Part shown: piece by piece, positions 55,243 through 64,000 of the stretch
How positions within the stretch are numbered: the first letter of the stretch is position 1
Layout of the letters: every line of letters begins with the position of its first letter
Assembly (NCBI GenBank): GCA_016204045.1
Contig: JACQLQ010000004.1
Coordinates: 164,927 to 228,926, forward strand
Reading direction: 5' to 3'
Length of the DNA: 64,000 bases
DNA from: Parcubacteria group bacterium
GTDB lineage: Bacteria > Patescibacteriota > Minisyncoccia > Phycocordibacterales > UBA2135
Made by a program: the position numbers and the translations under genes
Notes under the pieces: generated by a model
Seen by the model: only the letters and a program-made list of their open reading frames with translations
Told to the model about the DNA's origin: nothing
Database searches by the model: none

Positions 55243-56187
55243 TTATGCAGAGTAGTAGTCTGTATACCAACGGACAAATCGCTCTACCCCTTCCTCTACC
55301 GCAGTCTTTGGTGTATACCCAAGAAGTTTTTTTGCCTTAGCAATATCTGCGTACGTCTCTACCATGTCCCCTGCCTGAAGCGGGGCATATTTTATTTTAG
55401 CTTTTTTTCTGAGCGCGCTTTCAAACGCGTTCACAAAGTCCCGGAGCGATGTTGGGTTGCCACAACCAAGGTTTATGATTTCAAACCCTTTTGGTTTGCG
55501 AAGTGCCGCCATAAGACCTTCGACGATGTCATCGACATAAGTAAAGTCACGCTTCATGCGACCTTTGTTGAAAAAGGTAATCGGCTTTCCCTCGAGAATA
55601 GCTTTTGTAAATGTGTGTGGGGACATGTCGGGCCTTCCATACGGACCATACACAGTGAAAAAGCGGAGGCATGTGATATTCATACCAAATAGATGCGCGT
55701 AGGAGTGTCCGAGAAGCTCCCCTGCCCTTTTTGATGCGGCATATATGGAGACGGGAGTATCAACCTTCATGTCCTCACGAAAAGGCACTGCATCTTTCCC
55801 ATACACCGAAGAGCTTGACGCGAACACAACACGCTTAATACCATGCCTCCGCGCAAGCTCAAAGATATTAAGCGTCCCTTTGTAATTGGCATCCGCATAT
55901 ACAAAAGGATTCTCCAGTGAGTACCTGACACCCGCCTGTGCCGCGAGATGGTAAATGCAATCAAACGAATGTTTCTGAAAGACTTTTTCTAATGCGTCTT
56001 CTTGTGCAATATCGATCCGGTAATTCTTCACCCCAGAGGCAATATCGCGAAGGCGTGCCTGTTTCAACTTCGGGTCGTAATAGGAGTTTAGATTATCAAT
56101 AGAAATAACATCGTGGCCGCTATCTAAAAGCCGACGAACCAAATGGCTCCCGATAAACCCAGCTCCGCCGGTTACTAAAATACGCAT
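55243..56187 (-). CDS. NAD-dependent epimerase/dehydratase (UDP-sugar 4-epimerase-like SDR)
   Basis: [12 protein letters not shown] Rossmann motif; YAASK catalytic YxxxK. Confidence 0.88.
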   Translation of the reverse strand: MRILVTGGAGFIGSHLVRRLLDSGHDVISIDNLNSYYDPKLKQARLRDIASGVKNYRIDIAQEDALEKVFQKHSFDCIYHLAAQAGVRYSLENPFVYADANYKGTLNIFELARRHGIKRVVFASSSSVYGKDAVPFREDMKVDTPVSIYAASKRAGELLGHSYAHLFGMNITCLRFFTVYGPYGRPDMSPHTFTKAILEGKPITFFNKGRMKRDFTYVDDIVEGLMAALRKPKGFEIINLGCGNPTSLRDFVNAFESALRKKAKIKYAPLQAGDMVETYADIAKAKKLLGYTPKTAVEEGVERFVRWYTDYYSA

Positions 56188-56197
56188 AGGGGTTGGT

Positions 56198-57280
56198 TTA
56201 GGATTTTGACTTTGTCTTGCGTAGCATTAGAGGAACATAGGATTCATATCTCCCCTCTGTGTGAGCAAAAGCGTCGCGTGAGGAATGGCGGTAGCGATAG
56301 CTGAATTCACGGACAAGTTTCGATCCGTCCATAACAATCGGGTATGAGTAGAAACGCCAGATGCCTTTTGAGGTTGGAACTTTACCTCTCGTAATGTGCC
56401 AGAAAACAAAATAAGCGAGTCGTACCATCCATGGAAAGACCGGAAGGATTCGTTTGCCGACGGTACGCGCCATTTGAGCCGCATAGACCGGCTCCCCAGG
56501 AGGGGTGATATTAAACACCTCATACGTCCCCGGTGTGTTGTTAAAAGTAAGGCGAGCAACGATGTCGCACACATCGTCTTCGTGGATAAACTGGCGCACC
56601 CACCACGGTGTTGCGGGTACAAATGAGACCATTGCAGAGATAATCTTATACACAAAGTCACCCCTTAATTGCCCTGAAAGGGCCGATTGCAACCCAAAGC
56701 GGACGCGCATGAACCGCCCACGTGGCCCTGTGATAGCTGCGGGGCGTACAACAAAAACCTGGGTCGTGCCGTGTGCACGGCTAGCACTTTTCTCCCACAT
56801 TCCGCGAAGCACTTTCTCGACAACCCCCTTTTCTTTCCCATATGAATATTCCTCCTCCCGTATTGGGTCTGTTTCCACAAAAAGCTGATCAAACGTATTT
56901 GTTTTTTCAGCTCCGTATATTGCCGCACTTGAAAAATAAACGAGCTTTTTGACCGAAGGAGTTTTGAGGGCAAAATCAAAAACATTTGCCGAGCCACGAA
57001 CATTCCAATGCCACTGACGAGCTCGTTGTCCGTATAGTTCCCGAATCTGCCATGCGGTGTGTATGACAATGCTTGGATTCTTCGCGCGCGCAGTCTCCTG
57101 CCATGAAAGTTCCGCTGTGTTCGCCTTGATCCAGTAGACCTTCGGATTGCCCTTCAGGAGTTCAGGCTGTTCTTCAACGTCTAAAGCCACTATCTCCTTA
57201 ACATCGGGGCGTTTCGAAAACTGGTCGCAAAGCATTGCGCCAACATATCCCGCAGCACCTGTGATGAAAAGTGTTTTCAT
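56198..57280 (-). CDS. NAD-dependent epimerase/dehydratase family protein (extended SDR)
   Basis: [12 protein letters not shown] Rossmann motif. Confidence 0.75.
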   Translation of the reverse strand: MKTLFITGAAGYVGAMLCDQFSKRPDVKEIVALDVEEQPELLKGNPKVYWIKANTAELSWQETARAKNPSIVIHTAWQIRELYGQRARQWHWNVRGSANVFDFALKTPSVKKLVYFSSAAIYGAEKTNTFDQLFVETDPIREEEYSYGKEKGVVEKVLRGMWEKSASRAHGTTQVFVVRPAAITGPRGRFMRVRFGLQSALSGQLRGDFVYKIISAMVSFVPATPWWVRQFIHEDDVCDIVARLTFNNTPGTYEVFNITPPGEPVYAAQMARTVGKRILPVFPWMVRLAYFVFWHITRGKVPTSKGIWRFYSYPIVMDGSKLVREFSYRYRHSSRDAFAHTEGRYESYVPLMLRKTKSKS

Positions 57281-57296
57281 AAATTATCTAGTGAGG

Positions 57297-58649
57297 CTAT
57301 CTTCCGGTACGCGACAAAAGAGTTTTCACCGTTCGAAGCGCGATGACGATATCAAGAATAAATGATCGGTTCTTCACATAGAACAAGTCATACGAGAGCC
57401 GCACACGCATTTCAGGGATGGATTGCGGTTGCAGTTCTTGCTTCACCTGCGCCCACCCGGAAAGCCCAGGCTTTATGAGGTAGCGAGCATCGTAGTAGGG
57501 AACTTGCTTGCGCACCCGCTCGGCAATTCCCACTGCATCGGGTCTGGGCCCAATGAGCGAAAACTCTCCCTTGAGCACATTCCATAATTGCGGGAACTCA
57601 TCGAGTCGAGTCTTTCGCAATATCCTTCCGGCGTATGTAGGAACATTCCCCGCCTCTCCAGGCCAAGCGGTCGCGTGATTCACGCGCAAACTCTGAAACT
57701 TGTAAACACGAATGACACGCCCCCCTTTGCCAACCCGCTCATGTACATAAAAAATGCTCCGCCCCTCGAGTGCTGCGGCAAGTGCCACCACAGGAAAAAC
57801 AAGGACCGGTACGAGAAGAAGGACTGCGGCAATGACAAAGTCGAATACGCGTTTCAATATATCATACACCACTCGCGGTGAATGTGAAAAATTCTCAAGA
57901 AACCAGTTGTGTCGTACGAGGGGAAGGGGCACCCGGTCGAAAATTTCTTCATACACTTTTCCTAGATCAATGACGGAGACGCCGTTGAAAAACAGAGCAT
58001 AGAGTTCGGGAACCGCTTCTTTGAAAATCGGATGATTCATGTCTATGATAACGAGAGTCGCATTCGTCCGCTCAAGAATCTTTCGTATTTTGTGACCAAA
58101 GTCTTCGCCGCTTAACGTGTCGGGGTCAACGTCTTTTGCAATCTTCAAACCATAACGATCGTTGTTGTTCACCGCATACGTCAGCTCATCCGCTTCTTTG
58201 CCCTTTCCAATGATGACCGCCTCTGTCATTTTGCCACTCCGCAAAAAGACACTCCCGTATAATCGCCATATGAGGAGAAGGGTGGACGATACTATGAGGT
58301 ACAAAAAGAGATTCGCTTTCGGTGTAATACTGACAAAGGGTACGAGGTAGAAAAAAGCTGCCGCAAGAGCAACATTCACCACTTGGGCGCGCGCCAAAAT
58401 CGCAAAGAGTCGTTTGCGAGAAAAAGCCGCTTCCTTATCGTAAAGCCCGGCCCCCGTGAAAATGGCTATCCACAACACAAAGAGAATAGAGAACGGGACG
58501 ATGTGCTCTTCTATGTTGGAGCTCTTGAAGGAGGAAAAATAGCGGATTACAAGCGTCAAAACAAGGGCTACATACAACAAAACCACGTCTCCAAGGAGAA
58601 GCAGGATAGGTCGTAGATTTGATTTGACGGTCATTGTCCTATATAACAT
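57297..58649 (-). CDS. undecaprenyl-phosphate sugar phosphotransferase (bacterial sugar transferase, WbaP/PglC-like), the priming enzyme
   Basis: N-terminal TM segments; C-terminal RLDEFPQLWNVLKGEFSLIGPRP ... KPGLSGWAQV signature. Confidence 0.88.
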   Translation of the reverse strand: MLYRTMTVKSNLRPILLLLGDVVLLYVALVLTLVIRYFSSFKSSNIEEHIVPFSILFVLWIAIFTGAGLYDKEAAFSRKRLFAILARAQVVNVALAAAFFYLVPFVSITPKANLFLYLIVSSTLLLIWRLYGSVFLRSGKMTEAVIIGKGKEADELTYAVNNNDRYGLKIAKDVDPDTLSGEDFGHKIRKILERTNATLVIIDMNHPIFKEAVPELYALFFNGVSVIDLGKVYEEIFDRVPLPLVRHNWFLENFSHSPRVVYDILKRVFDFVIAAVLLLVPVLVFPVVALAAALEGRSIFYVHERVGKGGRVIRVYKFQSLRVNHATAWPGEAGNVPTYAGRILRKTRLDEFPQLWNVLKGEFSLIGPRPDAVGIAERVRKQVPYYDARYLIKPGLSGWAQVKQELQPQSIPEMRVRLSYDLFYVKNRSFILDIVIALRTVKTLLSRTGR

Positions 58650-58689
58650 ATAGGGTTTTGGATTAGTTATATAAAGGAAACCCCCATAT

Positions 58690-59853
58690 ATGCCTAAGGT
58701 AAAGATACTCTACGTCATCACGAAATCAAACTTTGGCGGTGCTCAACGCTATGTTTATGACCTTGCCACCTCCCTTAAGACGGGGGATTTTGACGTGGCG
58801 GTACTCCTTGGTGGGGATGGCTTACTCAAGCAAAAGTTAGAGCATGAAAATATACGGACGATCTCTTTGCCCTCACTACAGCGCGATATTAATATCGTGA
58901 AAGAAGTAAAAACATTCTTTGCGTTTTTAAAAATCCTTTACACAGAGCGTCCCGATATTGTCCATGTGAACAGCTCTAAGGCAGGCGGCTTGGGAGCATT
59001 TGCTGTTCGCTTTTACAACATGCTCGCGGTAAGTGGGTCAAAGACAAAAGTCATCTTTACTGCACACGGCTGGGCTTTTAACGAAGAACGTCCTTGGTTT
59101 CAGAAAAAGACGATTCTTTTCCTTCACTGGCTGACGATGCTACTCGCCCACGCGACCATTGCCGTATCAGAGGAAGCAAAAAGACAGGTGGACCACCTTC
59201 CTTTCATGAAAGAGAAGATTACCGTTATACCAAACGGCATAGGAGCATCTTCGCCACTCGACCGTGAGGGTGCGCGCCGAGCACTTGCGCGACGTGCAGA
59301 AGCCCTTACGGAGACCACTTCAGATACTATCTGGGTTGGAACCATCGCAGAACTCCATAAGACCAAGGGACTTGCCTATATGATTGAGGCGATGCGCCTT
59401 CTCTCTCAAAAGCCGATACCAATCAAATACGTGATTATTGGGGATGGGGAGGAACTGGGTACACTAAGCGCGCTCGCAAAAAAGCATGGCCTAGAAGACC
59501 GCGTCTTTTTGACTGGCTTTATTCCGGAAGCCGCTCTCTGTCTTTCGGCGTTTGATATCTTCGTACTACCATCACTTTCAGAGGCGCTCGGCTATGCCAT
59601 CCTTGAGGCGGGTAATGCCGGGGCGGCAACAATCGCTTCCAACGTGGGTGGCATTCCCGAAATAATCGAAGACGGTAGAAATGGCATTCTCGTACCGACA
59701 CGCTCCCCTGTTCATTTGGCAAATGCCGTAAGTACTCTTGCTGAAGATGCGGAAAAAAGAAAGCACTTCGGTGAAGCGCTCCGCGTGGCCGTGAGAGAAC
59801 AATTCTCAAAAGACAACATGGTGAGAGCAACTGTTGCCCTCTATAAGAACTAG
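58690..59853 (+). CDS. GT4-family glycosyltransferase
   Basis: GT-B architecture; EALGYAILEAGNAGAATIASNVGGIPEII motif. Confidence 0.85.
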   Translation: MPKVKILYVITKSNFGGAQRYVYDLATSLKTGDFDVAVLLGGDGLLKQKLEHENIRTISLPSLQRDINIVKEVKTFFAFLKILYTERPDIVHVNSSKAGGLGAFAVRFYNMLAVSGSKTKVIFTAHGWAFNEERPWFQKKTILFLHWLTMLLAHATIAVSEEAKRQVDHLPFMKEKITVIPNGIGASSPLDREGARRALARRAEALTETTSDTIWVGTIAELHKTKGLAYMIEAMRLLSQKPIPIKYVIIGDGEELGTLSALAKKHGLEDRVFLTGFIPEAALCLSAFDIFVLPSLSEALGYAILEAGNAGAATIASNVGGIPEIIEDGRNGILVPTRSPVHLANAVSTLAEDAEKRKHFGEALRVAVREQFSKDNMVRATVALYKN

Positions 59854-60803
59854 AGCGTTTCTACGAAGTTTTTGAGTTTCTCTGCGATAAACACGTCTGT
59901 CCTCTCTCGAGATTCAACGGTCATTCCACCGATGTGTGGAACAATGATGCAATTCTTATTGTTCTTAGCAAACTCGACAAGCGGGTGCTCATTGAAACCT
60001 TCTGTCTCAAAAGATTTTTCATCTGTGAGCACATCTGTGGCGTACCCCGCCATGCTTCCACGTTCAAGAGCCTGCACAAGAGCCGCCTCATCCACAATCG
60101 CCCCGCGCGAAGTATTGACCAGATACGCACCCTGCTTCATTTTTGCAAAGACGTCCGCATTAAACATGTTTTCTGTCTCAGGCGAGAGGTGCGCATGAAC
60201 TGATATCACATCACTCTCTTTGAGGAGCTCATCAAAAGAGACCCTCTCACAACCATCCACTGAGCACACCGTCACATTCGGGTCCGCGTACAAGACGCGC
60301 ATACCAAAAGCTTTGCCATAGCGCCCCATCCACGTACCAAGTCGCCCCATCCCCACAATGCCGAGTGTTTTTCCATACAGGTTACGTCCTCTAAAGTTTT
60401 CGCGATCCCATTGATAGTTTTTCACCTCTTCAAATGCATGCGGTGTCATGCGAAGGAGACTAATGAGAAGCCCCCATGCAAGTTCCGCGGTGCCAGTGAT
60501 TGTATTCAAAAATTCATCCTCGCCACGAAGGGAGAGAACTTCGATCCCCCGCTCTCGTGCCATCTCCAGGTCGATGTGGTCGAGCCCAGTCGTTGCTGTC
60601 GCAATGACCCGGAGCTTTTTTGCACCAGCAAGCACCTCGCTGTCAAAAGTAAGCCCGAGACCAATAATGACTACGTCATATTCGCTAACAAGGCGAAGGA
60701 GTTCGCTTTGTGTCGGAGTCACATAGTCCACCTCACCAAATTTGGAGAGGATTTTTTTTGCGTCCTCCGTGTATACCTCACCAATGGTATTTAGAATATG
60801 CAT
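59850..60803 (-). CDS. D-isomer-specific 2-hydroxyacid dehydrogenase
   Basis: GKTLGIVGMGRLG NAD-binding motif; catalytic R..E..H triad region. Confidence 0.88.
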   Translation of the reverse strand: MHILNTIGEVYTEDAKKILSKFGEVDYVTPTQSELLRLVSEYDVVIIGLGLTFDSEVLAGAKKLRVIATATTGLDHIDLEMARERGIEVLSLRGEDEFLNTITGTAELAWGLLISLLRMTPHAFEEVKNYQWDRENFRGRNLYGKTLGIVGMGRLGTWMGRYGKAFGMRVLYADPNVTVCSVDGCERVSFDELLKESDVISVHAHLSPETENMFNADVFAKMKQGAYLVNTSRGAIVDEAALVQALERGSMAGYATDVLTDEKSFETEGFNEHPLVEFAKNNKNCIIVPHIGGMTVESRERTDVFIAEKLKNFVETL

Positions 60804-60864
60804 ACGTATGTACCTTATGATAACCCCTTCAGTCGCCCTTTGGTGACCCAGGAAAACGCCAATC

Positions 60865-61815
60865 CTAAGCGCGTAGCAACCCCTTGGCCTTCCCTACAAA
60901 TACCTCCCACGTCGGCACATCAATCAGTACATACGCCGCCATAAATCCTGGGATACTTAGCAGTTTACCAAATGTTAGTGGCTCACCAAAAAAAGTGACG
61001 CCGACGATGACCATAGTCACCAATTGCCACGATGTCATAATGAGCGTTTTGAGCGAAAGGGTCGTCTTGCCCCCATCATAAGAGAGCAACTTGAAGGAGA
61101 TCATCATGATTACATTCGTGCCCGAGATGAGGAAGATGAGAACAATTACCGGAAGGATGGATGATAAGGAAAGTATGGTACTTACCCCGACAAATGAGAG
61201 CCCAATCAAAGCAAAAAACATTGTGGATGCTCCTGCCCAAAAGTTATGTACAAACGGATGAGCAATCTGCGACATGCTCATTTTCCTTGTAATGATTTCG
61301 TTCGCCGTAATGGTGACCGGGATGATTGTGGCAATGAACACCCAGACCGGAGGTTCTGTAAACGATCCAAAACCTGGAAAATTAAACAACGCATAACCGG
61401 CAACGAGATACACACCCACACCCATCCACTGCCGGAGATTGAGGACGTTCTTAAAAAATATCCAGTCTGCCAACGCCTTAAGCACAATTCCCATAGTAAA
61501 AATGAAGCCGACAATTCCCAATGCCGCATCTTCGTATGAGAACGTGAGTACGCCAGCAACACCCGCAAGAAATCCAAAAAAACCAAACCAAAGCGAGCCG
61601 AGGATAAGCTTTCGGTCGGTAAGGAGAGGCTTACGCAAAAGCGTTGCCAGCAGTGCCCCGCCAAGCATTTGTACTGTCCCTACGACAAGCGAGCCGAGAA
61701 AGGGCAATTCAAACGACCCAGGCACCTTTGCCACCATGCCCACCATCTTCTGGAGCACGCTAGAAAAAGTCTTTGACAGACCTTCTCCAATAGCAAACCA
61801 TTTCCATTTTTGCAT
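60865..61815 (-). CDS. polytopic membrane protein (possible glycan transporter / flippase-like), function unknown
   Basis: About 10 TM helices; start taken at MQKWKW to avoid overlap with neuA. Confidence 0.5.
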   Translation of the reverse strand: MQKWKWFAIGEGLSKTFSSVLQKMVGMVAKVPGSFELPFLGSLVVGTVQMLGGALLATLLRKPLLTDRKLILGSLWFGFFGFLAGVAGVLTFSYEDAALGIVGFIFTMGIVLKALADWIFFKNVLNLRQWMGVGVYLVAGYALFNFPGFGSFTEPPVWVFIATIIPVTITANEIITRKMSMSQIAHPFVHNFWAGASTMFFALIGLSFVGVSTILSLSSILPVIVLIFLISGTNVIMMISFKLLSYDGGKTTLSLKTLIMTSWQLVTMVIVGVTFFGEPLTFGKLLSIPGFMAAYVLIDVPTWEVFVGKAKGLLRA

Positions 61816-61850
61816 AGTTGTTGTAACCCCAGCTTGATTCGTAAAAAAGA

Positions 61851-62567
61851 TTATAGACCCTCGTCTTTTCGTCGTAGCCAAAACTCTGCCATCTCAAAAT
61901 CAATTGGCCTGTTTATGTCTACAGAGCGTTCCTCAGGCATACAATATGCCCGCGAGATTTTTCCGAATAAATCGCCCTGCTGTATGTATTCTGTTTTTGT
62001 GAGATATACAGCGCAATTCCGTTTATACATCTTTGCTAAATCTTGCCTCCGTGAAGACTCTTTGCCTTCATCCTCAAAATACGGAGCGATAACACCATCC
62101 TCAACTTTTTTAACCTTCTTCGGTGCAAAATCATCAAGCTCCTTCATGCTCATGACAGAGTCGGCATTCGTATCTACAGCAAGTACGATTGCGTTATCTA
62201 TATCCTCACTCGTCCGCAAGGGGGATGTGGGTTGAAGGATCATCACATAGTCATATACTTCCCCAAAATCACTGCGGAGTTTTTCTAGGGCGTGTTGGGT
62301 TACTTCCATAGCGGTCGATTTGTCTTGCGCTAATTCACTTGGACGCATGAACGGAATATCGGCTCCGTACTCACGAGAAACTGCTGCGATTTCTTCATCG
62401 TCTGTCGAAACAATGGAACGTGTTAGATACTTACTCTCTTTTGCAGCTTCAATGGTATACGCAATAAGGGGCTTTCCAAAAAGCTCTTTCACGTTCTTAC
62501 GAGGAATCCCTTTGGACCCTCCCCGCGCAGTAATAAGACCTAGAATTTTTTTGTCCTTATACGTCAT
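61851..62567 (-). CDS. neuA: N-acylneuraminate (nonulosonate) cytidylyltransferase
   Basis: ITARGGSKGIPRKN signature of CMP-NeuAc / CMP-nonulosonate synthetases. Confidence 0.88.
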   Translation of the reverse strand: MTYKDKKILGLITARGGSKGIPRKNVKELFGKPLIAYTIEAAKESKYLTRSIVSTDDEEIAAVSREYGADIPFMRPSELAQDKSTAMEVTQHALEKLRSDFGEVYDYVMILQPTSPLRTSEDIDNAIVLAVDTNADSVMSMKELDDFAPKKVKKVEDGVIAPYFEDEGKESSRRQDLAKMYKRNCAVYLTKTEYIQQGDLFGKISRAYCMPEERSVDINRPIDFEMAEFWLRRKDEGL

Positions 62568-62573
62568 GTTTGC

Positions 62574-63725
62574 TTAATCAACAAAATGCTTCTGCACATA
62601 GAGTGGGACCGTGGCGAGTGTTTTGGCAATGTTTTTGCTCGTCCCTGGCCTATGATAGATGCCACTTGATTCGTATTTGCCCCTCGCAATTTGCTTGTCT
62701 ATCGCCTTTTGGATCGAAGCCTTGCCATACCCAACATCAATGACGTTAGGGCCCCGCATGCGCCCGTGCTGCCTTGTCCCTATGTTCACAACAGGAATAC
62801 CGAGGTATGAACACTCCTTGATGCCTGCTGAGGAATTGCCAATGAGACAGGTCGCCTTTGAAAGAAGCCCAACAAACTGATCCGCCGGCAGGTATTTAAG
62901 AAAGCGCATGTGTTCTGGTTTTTTCTTCTCACGCCAAACTCGGATCTGACTTGCAATAGCATCAGTCCCCGCATCGGCATTGGGCCAAAACCAAACCGTG
63001 GGAATGCCCAACTCATGAATAGCCTCGAGTAGTACGCGCGCATTACGACCGTTCTGCTCGTTACCCTCTGTCGTCACGGGGTGTGTCATAACAACAAGAT
63101 ACGGCTTCCTCATATCAACAATATCACCGACTCCTATCTTATTGACTAGGGCATTTGAAACGCGGAAGCGCTGCCCGGACAAATACTCAACTTCGGGACA
63201 CCCAAAATTGAACACAAAGCTTGGATCCTCCCCCATTCTTATGACACGCTCCTTGGCAAGATCATTTGTCACAAAGTGAATATGCGCGAGTTTTGTGACT
63301 GCGTGGCGCACGGATTCATCTATAGTACCAGTGACATCACCTCCTTCAAGGTGTGCAACGGGGATATTCAAATAAGCGGAGGCAACTGCCGCAGAGAGCA
63401 CTTCATATCGGTCTCCACGAATGACGACAATGTCGGGTTTCAAATTATCGAAGACGGTCGCGAACTCCGAAATGCCGATACCCGCCGTCTTTGCCATTGC
63501 GATTGAGTCCCCTCCCTCAAAGGAAAAGGTAAGCCGAGCATTGTGCGGAAAGCCATCTTTCTTCATAACGGAGAGCACCTCGCCGTATCTGTCTAATACA
63601 GCTGAACCTCCAACAACAATCTGTAAGTCAATGTCTGGCCTACGACGAAGCTCGCGGAGTATCATTTTACTCCTTGAGTAGTGAATATTTGACGTGATGA
63701 CGAAACAGACTTTTCGTTTAGACAT
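62574..63725 (-). CDS. neuC: UDP-N-acetylglucosamine 2-epimerase (hydrolysing), NeuC-like
   Basis: Epimerase_2 family (HLEGGD..., NIGTRQ); start taken at MSKRKV, 2 nt after the upstream stop. Confidence 0.85.
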   Translation of the reverse strand: MSKRKVCFVITSNIHYSRSKMILRELRRRPDIDLQIVVGGSAVLDRYGEVLSVMKKDGFPHNARLTFSFEGGDSIAMAKTAGIGISEFATVFDNLKPDIVVIRGDRYEVLSAAVASAYLNIPVAHLEGGDVTGTIDESVRHAVTKLAHIHFVTNDLAKERVIRMGEDPSFVFNFGCPEVEYLSGQRFRVSNALVNKIGVGDIVDMRKPYLVVMTHPVTTEGNEQNGRNARVLLEAIHELGIPTVWFWPNADAGTDAIASQIRVWREKKKPEHMRFLKYLPADQFVGLLSKATCLIGNSSAGIKECSYLGIPVVNIGTRQHGRMRGPNVIDVGYGKASIQKAIDKQIARGKYESSGIYHRPGTSKNIAKTLATVPLYVQKHFVD

Positions 63726-64000
63726 ATAGTGAATCTTCTGTGATTGGGTCGTACTTCTTAAACGCCACCTTTGTGCGCTTTCCAACGACATCATAAAACC
63801 TCTTCGAAGGAAGGCCGCCGGCATGCATGAATGGGCGCATAGCAAAGACCGTCTCTTTCGTAATCACGGTACCTTCGGGAATATCCTGCCCCGCCATTAA
63901 GGCTTTGTTGAAATACGGGCGAAACATGTTTTTTGCGCCCTCCAGTTCTTTCTCTTTATCTCCATAATACGCCAAGTGGTCGACGTCCTTATACTCGCCG
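63718..64000 (-). CDS. neuB: N-acetylneuraminate (nonulosonate) synthase NeuB, C-terminal SAF domain only (gene continues beyond the window end)
   Basis: C-terminal antifreeze-like / SAF domain sequence; position upstream of neuC-neuA. Confidence 0.7.
   Translation of the reverse strand, partial: GEYKDVDHLAYYGDKEKELEGAKNMFRPYFNKALMAGQDIPEGTVITKETVFAMRPFMHAGGLPSKRFYDVVGKRTKVAFKKYDPITEDSLYV

Noticed and set aside
1-64000. CRISPR array or cas genes
   Set aside because: No series of regularly spaced identical 25-40-bp repeats was seen. The only Cas4-like fold (18616-19452) stands alone with no array or other cas genes.

Overview
This 64-kb window has small genes, a trmD / KH / rpsP cluster, rplU, leuS, ychF and a NeuABC glycan locus, which together suggest a Patescibacteria/CPR-like genome (inference). 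It splits into three blocks.

(1) 1-32100: housekeeping genes — trmD, a KH-domain protein, rpsP, pepA, rnr, a HIT/GalT-like nucleotidyltransferase, rplU, rmuC, yqeY, a Nudix-like protein, mpg, a 952-aa GC-rich orphan protein, tRNA-Glu(CUC), mgtC, a PD-(D/E)XK nuclease, a PEBP protein, MGMT, a tRNA-binding protein, a 2OG-oxygenase-like protein, folB, mnmA, mltG, a LeuRS carrying an inserted Nudix-like domain, and ychF.

(2) 32200-51700: an accessory island. It holds a decayed IS200/IS605 TnpA fragment, an orphan RHS C-terminal toxin module with a candidate membrane immunity gene, a ParB-fused DNA methyltransferase, a phage-like HTH protein, an OLD-family ATPase-Toprim nuclease flanked by 14-bp direct repeats, a large serine recombinase, a DUF2235 (Tle1-like) hydrolase, and a 2165-aa secreted SpvB / FG-GAP / RHS (TcB-TcC-like) polymorphic toxin with a small membrane gene downstream and an Fn3 surface protein upstream.

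(3) 51800-64000: a surface-glycan locus — O-antigen-ligase/TPR protein, two epimerases, a priming sugar transferase, a GT4 transferase, a 2-hydroxyacid dehydrogenase, and NeuA / NeuC / NeuB(partial).

The most interesting candidate is the WapA/Tc-like RHS toxin system with a displaced orphan toxin cassette, split by a recombinase/OLD/methylase mobile element. Several unexplained RNA-level structures are also reported. No CRISPR array was seen.
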